A stretch of 64,000 bases of DNA, from assembly GCA_963932905.1 (NCBI GenBank), contig CAWVRN010000001.1, forward strand, positions 32,001 through 96,000. Reading direction: 5' to 3'. The DNA comes from an uncultured Bdellovibrio sp. GTDB taxonomy: Bacteria > Bdellovibrionota > Bdellovibrionia > Bdellovibrionales > Bdellovibrionaceae. Positions 27,745 to 38,229 of the stretch are shown piece after piece (position 1 is the first letter of the stretch; every line of letters starts with the position of its first letter). Made by a program: the position numbers and the translations under genes. Under the pieces are notes generated by a model. It saw nothing but the letters and a program-made list of their open reading frames with translations, searched no databases and was not told where the DNA came from.

Positions 27745-28770
27745 ATGAGAAATTCTATTCTGTTCCTGTTCGGTTTTCTTTTCGTCTCTACTGGATTTGC
27801 ACAAACTAACAACAGCAAGCTTCCATCACTGAAGATTGATCAGTCTAACATTACCGTGTCTGGCGTCTCGTCTGGCGGTTATATGGCTGTTCAACTTCAT
27901 GTGGCCCTATCGACAGTTTTTAAAGGTGCAGCTTCAGTAGCCGGTGGTCCTTACTGGTGCGGTGAAGGCGATGCTAATATCGCTCAAGACAAATGCATGA
28001 AGCATCCTGATAAAATCAAGACAGAAACGTCTATAAACCAAGCCCTTGCGGAAGCAAAAGCGGGCAAGATCGAAAATCTAAATAACTTGAAAAACTCAAA
28101 AGTATATATTTTCTCTTCAGCTAAAGACACCGTTGTCCCTAAGAAAAATAGCGATCGATTATACGAATTCTACGCCAATTTCATTCCTAAAAATCAAATC
28201 GTATATCAAAATACGATTAATAATGCGGGCCACTCATGGGTGACAAAAAGCTACGGCAGCGCTTGTTCCGCCGAAGGAATTCCCTATATTAACAACTGCA
28301 ATTACGATATGGCCGGTGATATCTTAAAATTATTCTACGGAAATTTAAAAGTGAGCCGCGCCCCACGCGCGACAGTGAATGCTCAGCTTTATCAATTCGA
28401 TCAAACTGAATTCCAAACACAAAATTCGTCTCTATATAACTTTGGTTATATCTATGTACCTAAGGCGTGTATGGAAAATCGCAGAAGCACGCGTATGGAC
28501 GCTTGTAAACTGCATGTCGCTCTTCACGGATGCTTACAAAATCCAGGTATCATTCAAGATAAATTCGCAGTGAATTCGGGTTTAAACACATGGGCTGAAG
28601 CCAACAATATCGTTATCCTTTACCCACAAGTAGCTGTTGCTGCTGGAAACCCGTACGGTTGCTGGGACTGGTTTGGTTACACAGATAAAAAGACATATGC
28701 CAATCGTAGCGGTCCACAAATCGTTGCGATCCAAAAAATGGTTTACCGCCTACTTGGTAAATTCCAATAA
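27745..28770 (+). CDS. extracellular poly(3-hydroxybutyrate) depolymerase family esterase
   Basis: Signal peptide; TVSGVSSGGYMAVQ lipase box, D-TV, AGH, LHVALHGC.Q, WAEANNIVILYPQ, GCWDW.GY. Confidence 0.85.
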   Translation: MRNSILFLFGFLFVSTGFAQTNNSKLPSLKIDQSNITVSGVSSGGYMAVQLHVALSTVFKGAASVAGGPYWCGEGDANIAQDKCMKHPDKIKTETSINQALAEAKAGKIENLNNLKNSKVYIFSSAKDTVVPKKNSDRLYEFYANFIPKNQIVYQNTINNAGHSWVTKSYGSACSAEGIPYINNCNYDMAGDILKLFYGNLKVSRAPRATVNAQLYQFDQTEFQTQNSSLYNFGYIYVPKACMENRRSTRMDACKLHVALHGCLQNPGIIQDKFAVNSGLNTWAEANNIVILYPQVAVAAGNPYGCWDWFGYTDKKTYANRSGPQIVAIQKMVYRLLGKFQ

Positions 28771-28788
28771 ATTACAAATCTGATTTTG

Positions 28789-28826
28789 CAAAAACTGGGT
28801 CCGTCGACAGCTGACTCAGTTTTTTG
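28789..28826 (+). terminator. intrinsic terminator
   Basis: CAAAAACTGGGTC...GACTCAGTTTTTTG stem after the depolymerase gene. Confidence 0.7.
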
Positions 28827-29035
28827 TACCTGAATTAAGCTCCACACCTGAATATTTCGCAATAAATCCCGTTTTTTACCTCATGATAGATGAAAAATCC
28901 CGGCGAACCATCGGTTATCTTGATTTTATCGCTATCTGAGCAATCCAAACAGGCTTTCAATCCAGAGCTCGCCTATATCAACAGTAACATTGAATTGATA
29001 AATAGTTTCCTATCCCTAGATCGTAATGAAACTCC

Positions 29036-29223
29036 TTGCCTAGGACAAAATGTTCGTGTTAGCTATCCAACCAAATACTCACTTCGAGTTACTATCTGGT
29101 CCCGAAAAAAACGGGTGCTACTTTAAGGGGAAACCTTCGGTTTGCGTAAAACGCAAAAAAGCGTTTCAAATCGATAACTTAAAGCTCTGACTTGAAGGCG
29201 GAATAACCAGTAAAGGAGAGTCC
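29036..29223 (+). promoter_or_regulatory. rpsB promoter and structured leader
   Basis: TTGCCT..TG-TTAGCT promoter-like element; hairpins CCCG/CGGG, AAGG/CCTT and TTTGCGT/ACGCAAA; RBS AAGGAG. Confidence 0.45.
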
Positions 29224-30180
29224 ATGGCTCAAGTAACCATGAAAGAAATGTTAGACGCAGGGGTGCACTTCGGTCACCAAACACAGCGTTGGAACCCTAA
29301 AATGAAGAATTATGTATACACTGCTCGCGGTGGTATCCACATAATCGACCTTCAAAAAACAGTCGTAAAAGCCAATAAAGCTGCTGAATTCGTTAAAGAA
29401 GTCGCTGCTAACGGTGGAAAGATTATTTTTGTTGGAACTAAAAAACAAGCAGTTGAGCCAATTCAAGAAGCTGCTTTCCGTTCAGGCCAATTCTTCGTTA
29501 CAAAACGTTGGTTGGGTGGAATGATGACTAACTTCGAAACTATCAAGTCATCTATCGATCGCCTAAAGCGCATTGATCAAATGAAAGAAAAAGGCGAATT
29601 CAATTATTTCTCTAAAAAAGAACGCGCTAAAATCGAAAAAGAATACTTAAAACTTTCTGAATACCTTAACGGCATCAAAGACATGAAAGAAAAACCAGCT
29701 GCGATGTTCGTAGTTGATTTGCCTAAAGAACACATTGCGGTTGCTGAAGCAAAAACTTTGAAAATCCCAGTTATCGGTATCGCCGACACAAATTCAGATC
29801 CAGATTCTATCGAATTTGCTATCCCAGGTAACGACGATGCTATCCGTTCAATCAAATTATTCTCTACTTTGATTGCTGATGCTTACATCGAAGGCGCTAA
29901 AGTTTGGGAACAAAAATTACGTACCATGACTGACAAAGGTTCTGATGCTGCCGGCGCTGACAAAGCGGAACGCGGTGAAAAATCTGAACGTCCTGCGCGT
30001 AAACCACGCCCTACTGATAAAAAAGCAACTCCAGCAGCTGACACTAAAAAATCAGCAGGTCCTGAGGTTGTTAAAGTTCAAAAACAAAGAAAACTGGTTG
30101 CTGCTGGTTTAGCAGACGAAGTTGAAATTCAAGCTGAGCTTGAAACGTCTGAAGACGATTCAAAAGAAACTCAAGAGTAA
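29224..30180 (+). CDS. rpsB: 30S ribosomal protein S2 (with long C-terminal extension)
   Basis: AGVHFGHQT.RWNPKM, RWLGGMMTNF, PGNDDAIRSI. Confidence 0.99.
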   Translation: MAQVTMKEMLDAGVHFGHQTQRWNPKMKNYVYTARGGIHIIDLQKTVVKANKAAEFVKEVAANGGKIIFVGTKKQAVEPIQEAAFRSGQFFVTKRWLGGMMTNFETIKSSIDRLKRIDQMKEKGEFNYFSKKERAKIEKEYLKLSEYLNGIKDMKEKPAAMFVVDLPKEHIAVAEAKTLKIPVIGIADTNSDPDSIEFAIPGNDDAIRSIKLFSTLIADAYIEGAKVWEQKLRTMTDKGSDAAGADKAERGEKSERPARKPRPTDKKATPAADTKKSAGPEVVKVQKQRKLVAAGLADEVEIQAELETSEDDSKETQE

Positions 30181-30187
30181 ATTCCAT

Positions 30188-30215
30188 AGCGGAGGTACCC
30201 CCTCCGCTTATTTTT
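30188..30215 (+). terminator. rpsB-tsf intergenic terminator/attenuator
   Basis: AGCGGAGG/CCTCCGCT stem followed by TATTTTT. Confidence 0.7.
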
Positions 30216-30247
30216 CTTCACATATTAATTAATTATCAGGAGTCATT

Positions 30248-31174
30248 ATGTCTATTTCAGCCACAATGGTTAAAGAACTAAGAGAAAAAACAAATGCCGG
30301 CATGATGGATTGCAAGAAAGCTTTAGAAGAATCTAAAGGTGATTTCGATGCGGCTATCGAATGGTTACGCGTAAAAGGTCTTTCTGCCGCTTCAAAAAAA
30401 GCAGATCGTATCGCAGCTGAAGGCGCCGTATACACAGAAAAAACTGGCAAAACAGGCGTTGTTGTTGAAGTTAACTCTGAAACAGATTTCGTTGCTCGCA
30501 ATGATGGTTTCAAAGATTTCGTTAAAAACATTGCAGCTCATGTTGCCCACACTAACGAACAAGTAGCTATCCTTGAGCAAATCTATCACAAAAATCCATC
30601 TCAAAAAGTGGGCGATTTATTGAAAGAAACTGTAGCAAAAATCGGTGAAAACATCGTTGTTCGTCGTGGTGTTAAATACACTGAATCAGCAAATAGCTAT
30701 GTTCACACATACACTCACGGTGAGGGTAAAATCGGCGTTCTTGTTGAAGTAACTGCTGAAAACCCGGCTCACGCTCAAAATGCGGATGTTAAAACATTTG
30801 CGCAAGACGTAGCTCTTCATATCGCTGCAATGAACCCAATGGCTCTTTCACAAGACCAAATTGCTCCAGAAGTAGTAGCTAAAGAAAAAGAAATCTTAAA
30901 AGCTAAAAACTTGGAACAAGGTAAAAAACCAGAAATGATCGAAAAAATCGTTGAAGGTCAAATCCGTAAATTCTTGGCTGAGAACTGTTTATTAGAACAA
31001 CAATTCGTTAAGAACCCAGATTTGAAAATCGCTGATTACGCAAAAGAAACGTCTAAAAAAGCCGGTTCAACTGTTACTGTAAAACGCTTTGTTCGTTACG
31101 AACTTGGTGAAGGTATCGAGAAAAAATCGACTGACTTTGCAGCTGAAGTAGCAGCGCAAGTTAAAGGACACTAG
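30248..31174 (+). CDS. tsf: elongation factor Ts
   Basis: [31 protein letters not shown]. Confidence 0.99.
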   Translation: MSISATMVKELREKTNAGMMDCKKALEESKGDFDAAIEWLRVKGLSAASKKADRIAAEGAVYTEKTGKTGVVVEVNSETDFVARNDGFKDFVKNIAAHVAHTNEQVAILEQIYHKNPSQKVGDLLKETVAKIGENIVVRRGVKYTESANSYVHTYTHGEGKIGVLVEVTAENPAHAQNADVKTFAQDVALHIAAMNPMALSQDQIAPEVVAKEKEILKAKNLEQGKKPEMIEKIVEGQIRKFLAENCLLEQQFVKNPDLKIADYAKETSKKAGSTVTVKRFVRYELGEGIEKKSTDFAAEVAAQVKGH

Positions 31175-31175
31175 T

Positions 31176-31889
31176 TTGAAAGAACCCGTTTATAAGCGTA
31201 TTCTATTAAAGCTCTCTGGAGAGGCGTTAGCAGGAAAAGCTGGTACTGGTATTAATACTACCGTGATCAAGCAAATTGCTGAAGACGTCTCTGCGGCCTA
31301 TAAAACAGGTGTTCAAATTGGCTTAGTTATTGGTGGTGGTAATATCTTTAGAGGTATTGCTGCCAGTGCCGAGGGTATGGATCGCGCAAGTTCTGATTAT
31401 ATGGGAATGTTGGCGACAATGATCAATGCCCTGGCATTACAAGATGCTCTGGAAAATGCTGGTGTTCCAACGCGTGTACAAAGCGCGATTGCCATGGCAG
31501 AAATTGCCGAACCTTACATCCGTCGCCGTGCTATTCGCCACCTTGAAAAAGGTCGTTTAGTTATTTTTGGTGCAGGTACCGGAAATCCTTATTTTACTAC
31601 TGATACAGCGGCCTCATTGCGTGCCATGGAAATCAACGCACAAATTATTATGAAGGCAACCAAAGTAGACGGTATCTACGATAAAGATCCTATGAAAAAT
31701 GCTGATGCGAAAAAATATGATCGTATTAGTTATATTGACGTATTAAACCAGGGCCTTCAGGTTATGGATTCTACGGCAATCAGTTTATGTATGGACAATA
31801 AGTTGCCTATCATGACTTTTGATTTGATGAAGTCTGGTAACATCTTGAAAGCCGTAATGGGCGAACAGATCGGCACTATCGTTCAGTAA
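31176..31889 (+). CDS. pyrH: UMP kinase
   Basis: [28 protein letters not shown] start. Confidence 0.98.
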   Translation: MKEPVYKRILLKLSGEALAGKAGTGINTTVIKQIAEDVSAAYKTGVQIGLVIGGGNIFRGIAASAEGMDRASSDYMGMLATMINALALQDALENAGVPTRVQSAIAMAEIAEPYIRRRAIRHLEKGRLVIFGAGTGNPYFTTDTAASLRAMEINAQIIMKATKVDGIYDKDPMKNADAKKYDRISYIDVLNQGLQVMDSTAISLCMDNKLPIMTFDLMKSGNILKAVMGEQIGTIVQ

Positions 31890-31925
31890 CACAAAGATAT
31901 TAACTCACGTTTTTGGGGGTATAAA

Positions 31926-32483
31926 ATGGTTCAAAATGTTAAAAAAGCCGCTCAAGATAAAATGGAAAAATCCATCAAGGCTTTTGATGATGAATTAAAA
32001 AAAGTAAGAACAGGCCGCGCACAAGTTTCGATGTTAGATAACGTACGTGTTAACTACTACGGCCAAATGGTTCCGCTTTCGCAAGTAGCTTCTATTTCGA
32101 CTCCAGACCCAAGATCATTCATGATCGCGCCTTGGGAAGTCGCTATTCTTAAAGAAATCGAACAATCCATCGTAAAAAGTGATCTAGGTATGGCTCCAAT
32201 GAATGACGGTAAAGTTATTCGTTTGAAAGTACCTGATCTGAATGAAGAGCGCCGTAAAGAACTTGTGAAACAAGTCAAAAAGATCGCTGAAGACATGCGT
32301 GTTGCTATCCGTATGGCTCGCAGAGATGCTAATGACGAAGTAAAAAAAGCGCTTAAAGATAAAACTATTTCTGAAGATGAATCAAAAAAATCAGAAGCAG
32401 ATATTCAAAAAATGACTGACGATTTTATCAAAAAAATCGACACAGTTTCAGCGGAAAAAGAAAAGTCTCTACTAACCGTTTAG
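31926..32483 (+). CDS. frr: ribosome recycling factor
   Basis: RTGRA, EERRKELVK, RVAIR..RRDAND. Confidence 0.98.
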   Translation: MVQNVKKAAQDKMEKSIKAFDDELKKVRTGRAQVSMLDNVRVNYYGQMVPLSQVASISTPDPRSFMIAPWEVAILKEIEQSIVKSDLGMAPMNDGKVIRLKVPDLNEERRKELVKQVKKIAEDMRVAIRMARRDANDEVKKALKDKTISEDESKKSEADIQKMTDDFIKKIDTVSAEKEKSLLTV

Positions 32484-32495
32484 GCTTTATATTTA

Positions 32496-33221
32496 ATGAA
32501 AACTCCAAAACATTTAGCAATCATTATGGACGGCAATGGACGATGGGCAGAACAGCACCATCGCCCGCGAGTTTATGGCCACGTCAAAGGGACCAGGGTT
32601 GCTAAAAACATTATTCAAGAATGTTCGCGTTTAGGAGTTAAATATTTAACTCTGTATGCTTTCAGCACTGAAAATTGGCTGCGTCCACAAGCTGAAGTGG
32701 CTTTCTTGATGAAAATCCTTCGCCGTTACCTTAAAAAGGAAACTCAAAATTTAATCAAAGAAAATATTCGTTTCACAGTTATTGGTGAAATCGATCGGTT
32801 GCCAGCGGATGTTGTTTCCTCTGTTGATTCAGCTATGTCTGCGACGGAAAAATGTACAGGTTTAAATCTTGTTTTTGCGATCAGTTATGGTTCAAAGCAA
32901 GAGATCACAAATGCCGTAAAAAAATTAGCCGAAAAAGTTGCTGCGGGCGAAATGATAGCGGACCAAATTGATGAAGCTACCATTCAATCGTATCTGTCGA
33001 CTGCTGGAACACCAGACCCTGACTTGATTATAAGAACGAGTGGCGAACAAAGATTAAGTAATTTCCTTCTTTGGCAAGCGGCTTATTCTGAGTTTTATTT
33101 TACAAACCAATTATGGCCTGACTTCACTGCCGCTGATTTGAAATTAGCGTTTGAAGACTATGGCAATCGACAACGTCGTTTCGGAAAAGTAGCGCACAAA
33201 AATGAAATCACTCTTAACTAG
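32496..33221 (+). CDS. uppS: isoprenyl transferase (undecaprenyl diphosphate synthase)
   Basis: HLAIIMDGNGRWA, YAFSTENW.RP, IRTSGEQRLSNFLLWQ. Confidence 0.98.
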   Translation: MKTPKHLAIIMDGNGRWAEQHHRPRVYGHVKGTRVAKNIIQECSRLGVKYLTLYAFSTENWLRPQAEVAFLMKILRRYLKKETQNLIKENIRFTVIGEIDRLPADVVSSVDSAMSATEKCTGLNLVFAISYGSKQEITNAVKKLAEKVAAGEMIADQIDEATIQSYLSTAGTPDPDLIIRTSGEQRLSNFLLWQAAYSEFYFTNQLWPDFTAADLKLAFEDYGNRQRRFGKVAHKNEITLN

Positions 33222-34023
33222 AGCGTCCTCAGCTATCGTTGCTGTCATTACCATTTTCTTTTTGTATTACTTCCTGGAAAAAAATGGATTTAAGGTTTTA
33301 ATCGCGTTCGGTGTTTTGGTTGGCAGTTATGAGCTGATGAAAATGTTGATGAAAGATTCTGACTCAAGATCTAATAAGTTTGCGTTTTATAGCCTGCTTG
33401 TTTGTATTTTTGGATTATGCAGTATTTTTCCTGGCACTTCGGCAATCATTTTTGCCTTTGTTTCTATCGTCTATTTACTATTTAGTATCCTGATTCTTCA
33501 TAAATTTGAATCCTTGGAAGAGCTTCATACATTTCAATCTAAAAGCATTATGGGATTTTTCTACATGGGGTTGCTTCCAAGTTTTATGATACAGATATTG
33601 GATCTTCCTCATGGAATGATTTGGTTTATCGCTTTGCTGGCTATCGTGTTCGCGGGTGATATTGGCGCCTACCTTGTGGGTATGAATTTCGGTAAAAACA
33701 AGATCATGCCACTGGTTTCACCTAAGAAAACCGTCGAAGGATCCATCGGCGGCATTTTGTTTTCTGTTGTAACAGCAATAGTTCTTTCGTATTACCTTGA
33801 ACACATTAACCCAATCGCCCTAGTTTTATTAGCTATCCCAACGTCGGTGGTGGCTCAGTTTGGTGATTTCTTTGAATCCGTCATTAAACGAGTCGCCGAA
33901 GTTAAAGACTCAGGTAAAATCATGCCCGGGCATGGCGGCGTATTAGATCGAGTCGATGGGGTTTTATTTGCTGCGCCGGTGATTTTATTTGGCGCTAGCG
34001 CACTAGAAGGCCTACTCACTTAG
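33202..34023 (+). CDS. cdsA: phosphatidate cytidylyltransferase
   Basis: Polytopic; SPKKTVEG, GDFFES..KR..VKDSG..PGHGGVLDRVD. Confidence 0.97.
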   Translation: MKSLLTRASSAIVAVITIFFLYYFLEKNGFKVLIAFGVLVGSYELMKMLMKDSDSRSNKFAFYSLLVCIFGLCSIFPGTSAIIFAFVSIVYLLFSILILHKFESLEELHTFQSKSIMGFFYMGLLPSFMIQILDLPHGMIWFIALLAIVFAGDIGAYLVGMNFGKNKIMPLVSPKKTVEGSIGGILFSVVTAIVLSYYLEHINPIALVLLAIPTSVVAQFGDFFESVIKRVAEVKDSGKIMPGHGGVLDRVDGVLFAAPVILFGASALEGLLT

Positions 34024-34083
34024 ACCTAAGTCCTTGCCAAATTTCAAATTACACAATGTAGATTTCTTAGTTATAATCAAGAA

Positions 34084-35775
34084 ATGGACATAATACTAAG
34101 CTATTTGCATTCGGGGTTTACTCAAGTTTTTTCTTTTATCGTACTTTTAGGTGTACTGGTTTTTGTTCACGAGCTTGGACATTTTCTAGTGGCTCGCTGG
34201 TGCGGCGTACGTGTTGAAGTTTTCAGCTTGGGTTTCGGTAAAAAAATATTTCAATATAAAAAAGATGAAACCACATACTGCATTTCAATCATTCCTCTGG
34301 GTGGTTACGTAAAAATGTTCGGTGAGCAACCGGGTGAAACGATTCCGGCATCTGAACATCCATTCTCTTTCTCGCATAAAAAAGTTAGCCAACGGATCGC
34401 TGTAATTTTGGCAGGCCCGTTGATGAATTTAATTTTTGCATTTTTCATTTTTATGATCGTTAGTTCAATGGGTGAACTAGTTAAGGCTCCGGTAGTTGGC
34501 GAGGTGCAACCTCTATCAGCCGCAGAGAAAGCGGGTTTCAAACCGGGTGACCGCATTCTTTCTGTAAACAACGAAAATATAACTACGTGGGATGATTTCC
34601 AAGCCAACCTGGATAAGAACTTAGATTCTAGCATTGCGATCGCGGTAGAGCGCGAAAACACGAAAGAACAAGTTAAACTAGATATTCCTGTAAAAGCGAA
34701 AAAAAATCCAAACGTAGTTTCTTCTAAAACAATGATTGGTGATATCGACGGTTTGAATTTATTTTCGTATGCGGCCGTTATTGCTGTATCGCCTAACTCG
34801 CCATTGGCTGCGGCGGGCGTGATGAGTGGTGACCGGGTTGTTAAAATCAATGACGTCGAGATTTTGAACTTTAGAGATTTGGCACCAGAGTTAGATAAGC
34901 TCTATAACATGCCAGGCGCCGCAAAACCCGCAGAGCTGAAAATAAAAATTGCCAGAAACGAAAGTGATTCGAAAGCGAAACTAGAAAAAGAAATTACTGT
35001 CACCGGTATCGACGCATCAAAACCAGTCTCACTAGAGAGTCTTAAAATTGAATCAACTCAATTGTACGTCGATCGCGTGATGCCTGATTCTCCCGCTCAG
35101 ACGGCGGGTTTGCTAAAAGGTGACCGTATTGTATCGATTAATGGTAAAAAATTGATGGTATGGGAAGATATATTAAACAATATCAAATCGTACGAAGGCA
35201 GCGGCAAAGTCACGATGGAAATCCTTCGTGGCGAGGAAACAGTTAAACTCGACGTTGTTCCTAACATGACCACGCATATGACTCCCCACGGAACCGAAGA
35301 AAAGCGATTTACAATCGGCATCAGCCCTTACTTGATGTATGCGGCTCCAGAAACTGTTTTACTTAAATTTACAGATATCTCTTCAATTGTTAAACGTTCG
35401 GCAGAGCGTACTTGGGAAGTATCGGTGATGACGGTTTTAAGTTTCGTTAAATTGCTTAGCGCCGAACTTTCGCCAAAAAATATTGGTGGTATTTTTTCGA
35501 TCGCACAGGCTGCAAATGAAACGTTTAAAATTGGTTTAGTTGCGTTCTTGCAAATGATGGCACTTATATCGATCAACCTATTTATTCTGAATCTACTGCC
35601 GATTCCGATCTTGGATGGTGGTCATTTAGTGTTCTACATCATCGAAGCAATTAAGGGATCACCACTGAGCTTAAATAAAATCGAGTTAGCTCATAAAGTT
35701 GGAATGATTTTACTTTTCAGCTTGATGGTTTTTGCGCTATTCAATGACTTCCGACGCATGCTCGGCTTTATGTAA
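34084..35775 (+). CDS. rseP: RIP metalloprotease RseP with multiple PDZ domains
   Basis: HELGH, AGP..N, NLLPIPILDGG; three GDRI/GDRV PDZ signatures. Confidence 0.96.
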   Translation: MDIILSYLHSGFTQVFSFIVLLGVLVFVHELGHFLVARWCGVRVEVFSLGFGKKIFQYKKDETTYCISIIPLGGYVKMFGEQPGETIPASEHPFSFSHKKVSQRIAVILAGPLMNLIFAFFIFMIVSSMGELVKAPVVGEVQPLSAAEKAGFKPGDRILSVNNENITTWDDFQANLDKNLDSSIAIAVERENTKEQVKLDIPVKAKKNPNVVSSKTMIGDIDGLNLFSYAAVIAVSPNSPLAAAGVMSGDRVVKINDVEILNFRDLAPELDKLYNMPGAAKPAELKIKIARNESDSKAKLEKEITVTGIDASKPVSLESLKIESTQLYVDRVMPDSPAQTAGLLKGDRIVSINGKKLMVWEDILNNIKSYEGSGKVTMEILRGEETVKLDVVPNMTTHMTPHGTEEKRFTIGISPYLMYAAPETVLLKFTDISSIVKRSAERTWEVSVMTVLSFVKLLSAELSPKNIGGIFSIAQAANETFKIGLVAFLQMMALISINLFILNLLPIPILDGGHLVFYIIEAIKGSPLSLNKIELAHKVGMILLFSLMVFALFNDFRRMLGFM

Positions 35776-36504
35776 ATGAAAATACTTGCCCTAGAATCCT
35801 CTACAGCCCACGGAAGTGTGGCCCTATTAGATAGCGATGATGTGAAATTTCAAACATCATCGCGTGAACAAAAAAGTCATAGCGAAATTCTACACACATT
35901 TATTGAACAGGGTTTGACGAAACTACAGTGGAAAATTGCCGATATTGATTTATTTGCATCCACCATCGGCCCCGGAAGCTTCACCGGAATTCGTGTTTCT
36001 ATTAACTCGGCAAAATCATTCGCATTTGTGTTTAATAAACCTATCATCGGCGTCGATTCTTTGCTGAATCTGGCTCACGTAAATATAGATGTTTTGAAAA
36101 ATTCAAAAGATACAAAAAAAATCACGTGCATGATCAATGCTTATAAAAATATGGTGTATCTTGGACAATATTCTTTAAACGATGGAAAAATATCCGTCGC
36201 TACAGAACCATCAGTCGTTCGTGTGCAAGACCTAGGCACCGTGATCAAAGACAAAACGCTAGTCGTTGGTGATGGCTATACCGTGTACGAGCCCCACTTT
36301 AGTGATCAAATCAAGCCTTTGTCTCTTAGACTAGCCGGCCTCTCCGACCATCCTACAGCGGAAATGACCGGAAAGTTGGCTTTGAAAATTTGGACTGAAA
36401 AAAAGTCTAACTCAACCTTTGAATGGAATTTAATAACACCCCTTTACCTTCGTGCTTCTGAAGCCGAAGAGAATAAAAAGGGCATTAAATACACACCATT
36501 ATGA
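35776..36504 (+). CDS. tsaB: tRNA threonylcarbamoyladenosine biosynthesis protein TsaB
   Basis: ILALESST, GPGSFTGIRV, PLYLR.SEAE. Confidence 0.93.
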   Translation: MKILALESSTAHGSVALLDSDDVKFQTSSREQKSHSEILHTFIEQGLTKLQWKIADIDLFASTIGPGSFTGIRVSINSAKSFAFVFNKPIIGVDSLLNLAHVNIDVLKNSKDTKKITCMINAYKNMVYLGQYSLNDGKISVATEPSVVRVQDLGTVIKDKTLVVGDGYTVYEPHFSDQIKPLSLRLAGLSDHPTAEMTGKLALKIWTEKKSNSTFEWNLITPLYLRASEAEENKKGIKYTPL

Positions 36505-36516
36505 GGTTCAGTTCAC

Positions 36517-37458
36517 ATGGAATTAGTGAATAAAATAGGTTCGTCGGAGACGAATAAAAAAAATATCTGGGCAGTTCAATCAGGCAAAGGCGGCGTCGGA
36601 AAAACGTTTGTGACTTCAAGCTTGGCTCTTACACTTTCAAAATTACAATACAGTGTGCTTGTTATCGATTTAGATTTAAGCGGTGCCAACATTCACACAG
36701 CGCTTGGTTTAAATCCATCACACCTAAATTTACGACATTACCTTGAGGGACAAAAAGATATCTCTCAAATTATCATACCTACCTCATATCCTAAATTGTC
36801 TTACATTCAAGGCATCTGGGATTCATGGCTACCTTTTAATTTTAATGAATTTGATGAACAGAAATTTTTCACTGATTTGCGCGCGCTCGACTTCGATTAT
36901 ATACTTATCGATTTTGGTGTGGGTTCTTTTGAAAAGTATTTCAATCTATACTTGGAATGCGATGAGAAAATTCTGGTTTCGTCACCAGAACCTACTAGCA
37001 TAGAAAAAAATTATCGCTTTATCGAAAGCTACATTTGCCAAAACTTAAAAAGCAAATCAACTCCAGAGGCTTTTGCAAAATTGATTTCTACACTAAGAGA
37101 TTTCCGTCATAAAGCTTTAGATAAACCTTTTTCTTTCAAAACTTATTTAAAAGAAAATGAAGGTCTAACTCTTGAACCGTTCAATAAATTAAATCGCGAA
37201 CCTATTAAATTGATTTTGAATGGTATTCGCTCGCACTCGGTTTCTGATTTGGGTTACTCCATCAAAAGTGTTTGCAATAAGTACTATGGTTTACATGTTG
37301 AATACGTTGGCTTCCTAGAGTTCGACAATTCAGTATGGCAATCGATAAAGAATCGCGAGCCCGTATTGATTTCTCAGCCCTTTACTCCAGTAGCTGGTCA
37401 ATTTTTAAACATCTGTAAAAACTTAACAGAGCCTGAAAATTTACGAGCTGTTGTCTAA
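36517..37458 (+). CDS. MinD/FlhG-like ATPase
   Basis: Deviant Walker [32 protein letters not shown]. Confidence 0.85.
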   Translation: MELVNKIGSSETNKKNIWAVQSGKGGVGKTFVTSSLALTLSKLQYSVLVIDLDLSGANIHTALGLNPSHLNLRHYLEGQKDISQIIIPTSYPKLSYIQGIWDSWLPFNFNEFDEQKFFTDLRALDFDYILIDFGVGSFEKYFNLYLECDEKILVSSPEPTSIEKNYRFIESYICQNLKSKSTPEAFAKLISTLRDFRHKALDKPFSFKTYLKENEGLTLEPFNKLNREPIKLILNGIRSHSVSDLGYSIKSVCNKYYGLHVEYVGFLEFDNSVWQSIKNREPVLISQPFTPVAGQFLNICKNLTEPENLRAVV

Positions 37459-37533
37459 CAACGTTGGTCGGGGTTTTTTGACCCAGACCAAGGACTGAGT
37501 ATTCAGCTTAAATAGATTTAAAATGATTTGGTC

Positions 37534-37563
37534 TTGAACTCCCTGTACTTAAATCGATATAAT
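37534..37563 (+). promoter_or_regulatory. sigma70-type promoter candidate
   Basis: TTGAAC-N18-TATAAT upstream of ATG 37613. Confidence 0.5.
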
Positions 37564-37612
37564 CCTAGGTAAGGAAAATATTAATTTAAAGGATTTAAAT
37601 TAGGGCAGCCTT

Positions 37613-38224
37613 ATGAAATCAAATTTTTACGAAATTCTAGAACTTACAACAAACGCCGCTCAACACGAAATTACGACTGCGTACGAGCGAGCAAAAACAA
37701 CCTATTCTGGCGACAATCCAGCAATCTACACAATCTTTAGCGATCACGAAGCACGTGAACTACTATCTATGATCGAAGAAGCCTATTCTATTTTAGGCAA
37801 TAAAACTTTAAGAAATATTTACGATCAACGCTTGCTAGGTCATTCAAAAATTAACCCTGAAGATCTAACCTACGATTCAATTTTAAATGCTAGTCGTTTA
37901 ATTTTCCAAGAGTCAAAAGTAGACACTAAAAAAGCCACTTTCGTTCGCAATGAAGAGTTAGAAAAAGAAATTGCCGAATGCACAAACTGGAACGGCGACA
38001 TGCTAAAAAAAGTTCGCGAATATAAAAATGTGACTCTTGAAAAACTTAGCGAAACAATCAAAGTGAATTCTTTCTATATCAAAGCCATCGAAGCGATGAC
38101 TCCGAACAATTTACCAGCACCTGTTTTTGTTCGTGGATATGTAATTCAAATGGCAAAAGAGCTTGGCTTAAATAGCAAAATCGTTGCTGATTCTTACATG
38201 AAAAACTATAGTAAAGCGAACTAA
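37613..38224 (+). CDS. degenerate J-domain plus RodZ-like HTH protein
   Basis: NFYEILEL..EI..AY...IEEAYSILG..LR..YD (J-like, HPD replaced by SGD); LKKVRE...L..LS..IK...IKAIE...LPAPVFVRGY HTH. Confidence 0.85.
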   Translation: MKSNFYEILELTTNAAQHEITTAYERAKTTYSGDNPAIYTIFSDHEARELLSMIEEAYSILGNKTLRNIYDQRLLGHSKINPEDLTYDSILNASRLIFQESKVDTKKATFVRNEELEKEIAECTNWNGDMLKKVREYKNVTLEKLSETIKVNSFYIKAIEAMTPNNLPAPVFVRGYVIQMAKELGLNSKIVADSYMKNYSKAN

Positions 38225-38229
38225 CTCAG

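Noticed and set aside
28890..29126. 78-aa ORF upstream of rpsB
   Set aside because: No RBS; overlaps the probable rpsB promoter and leader.
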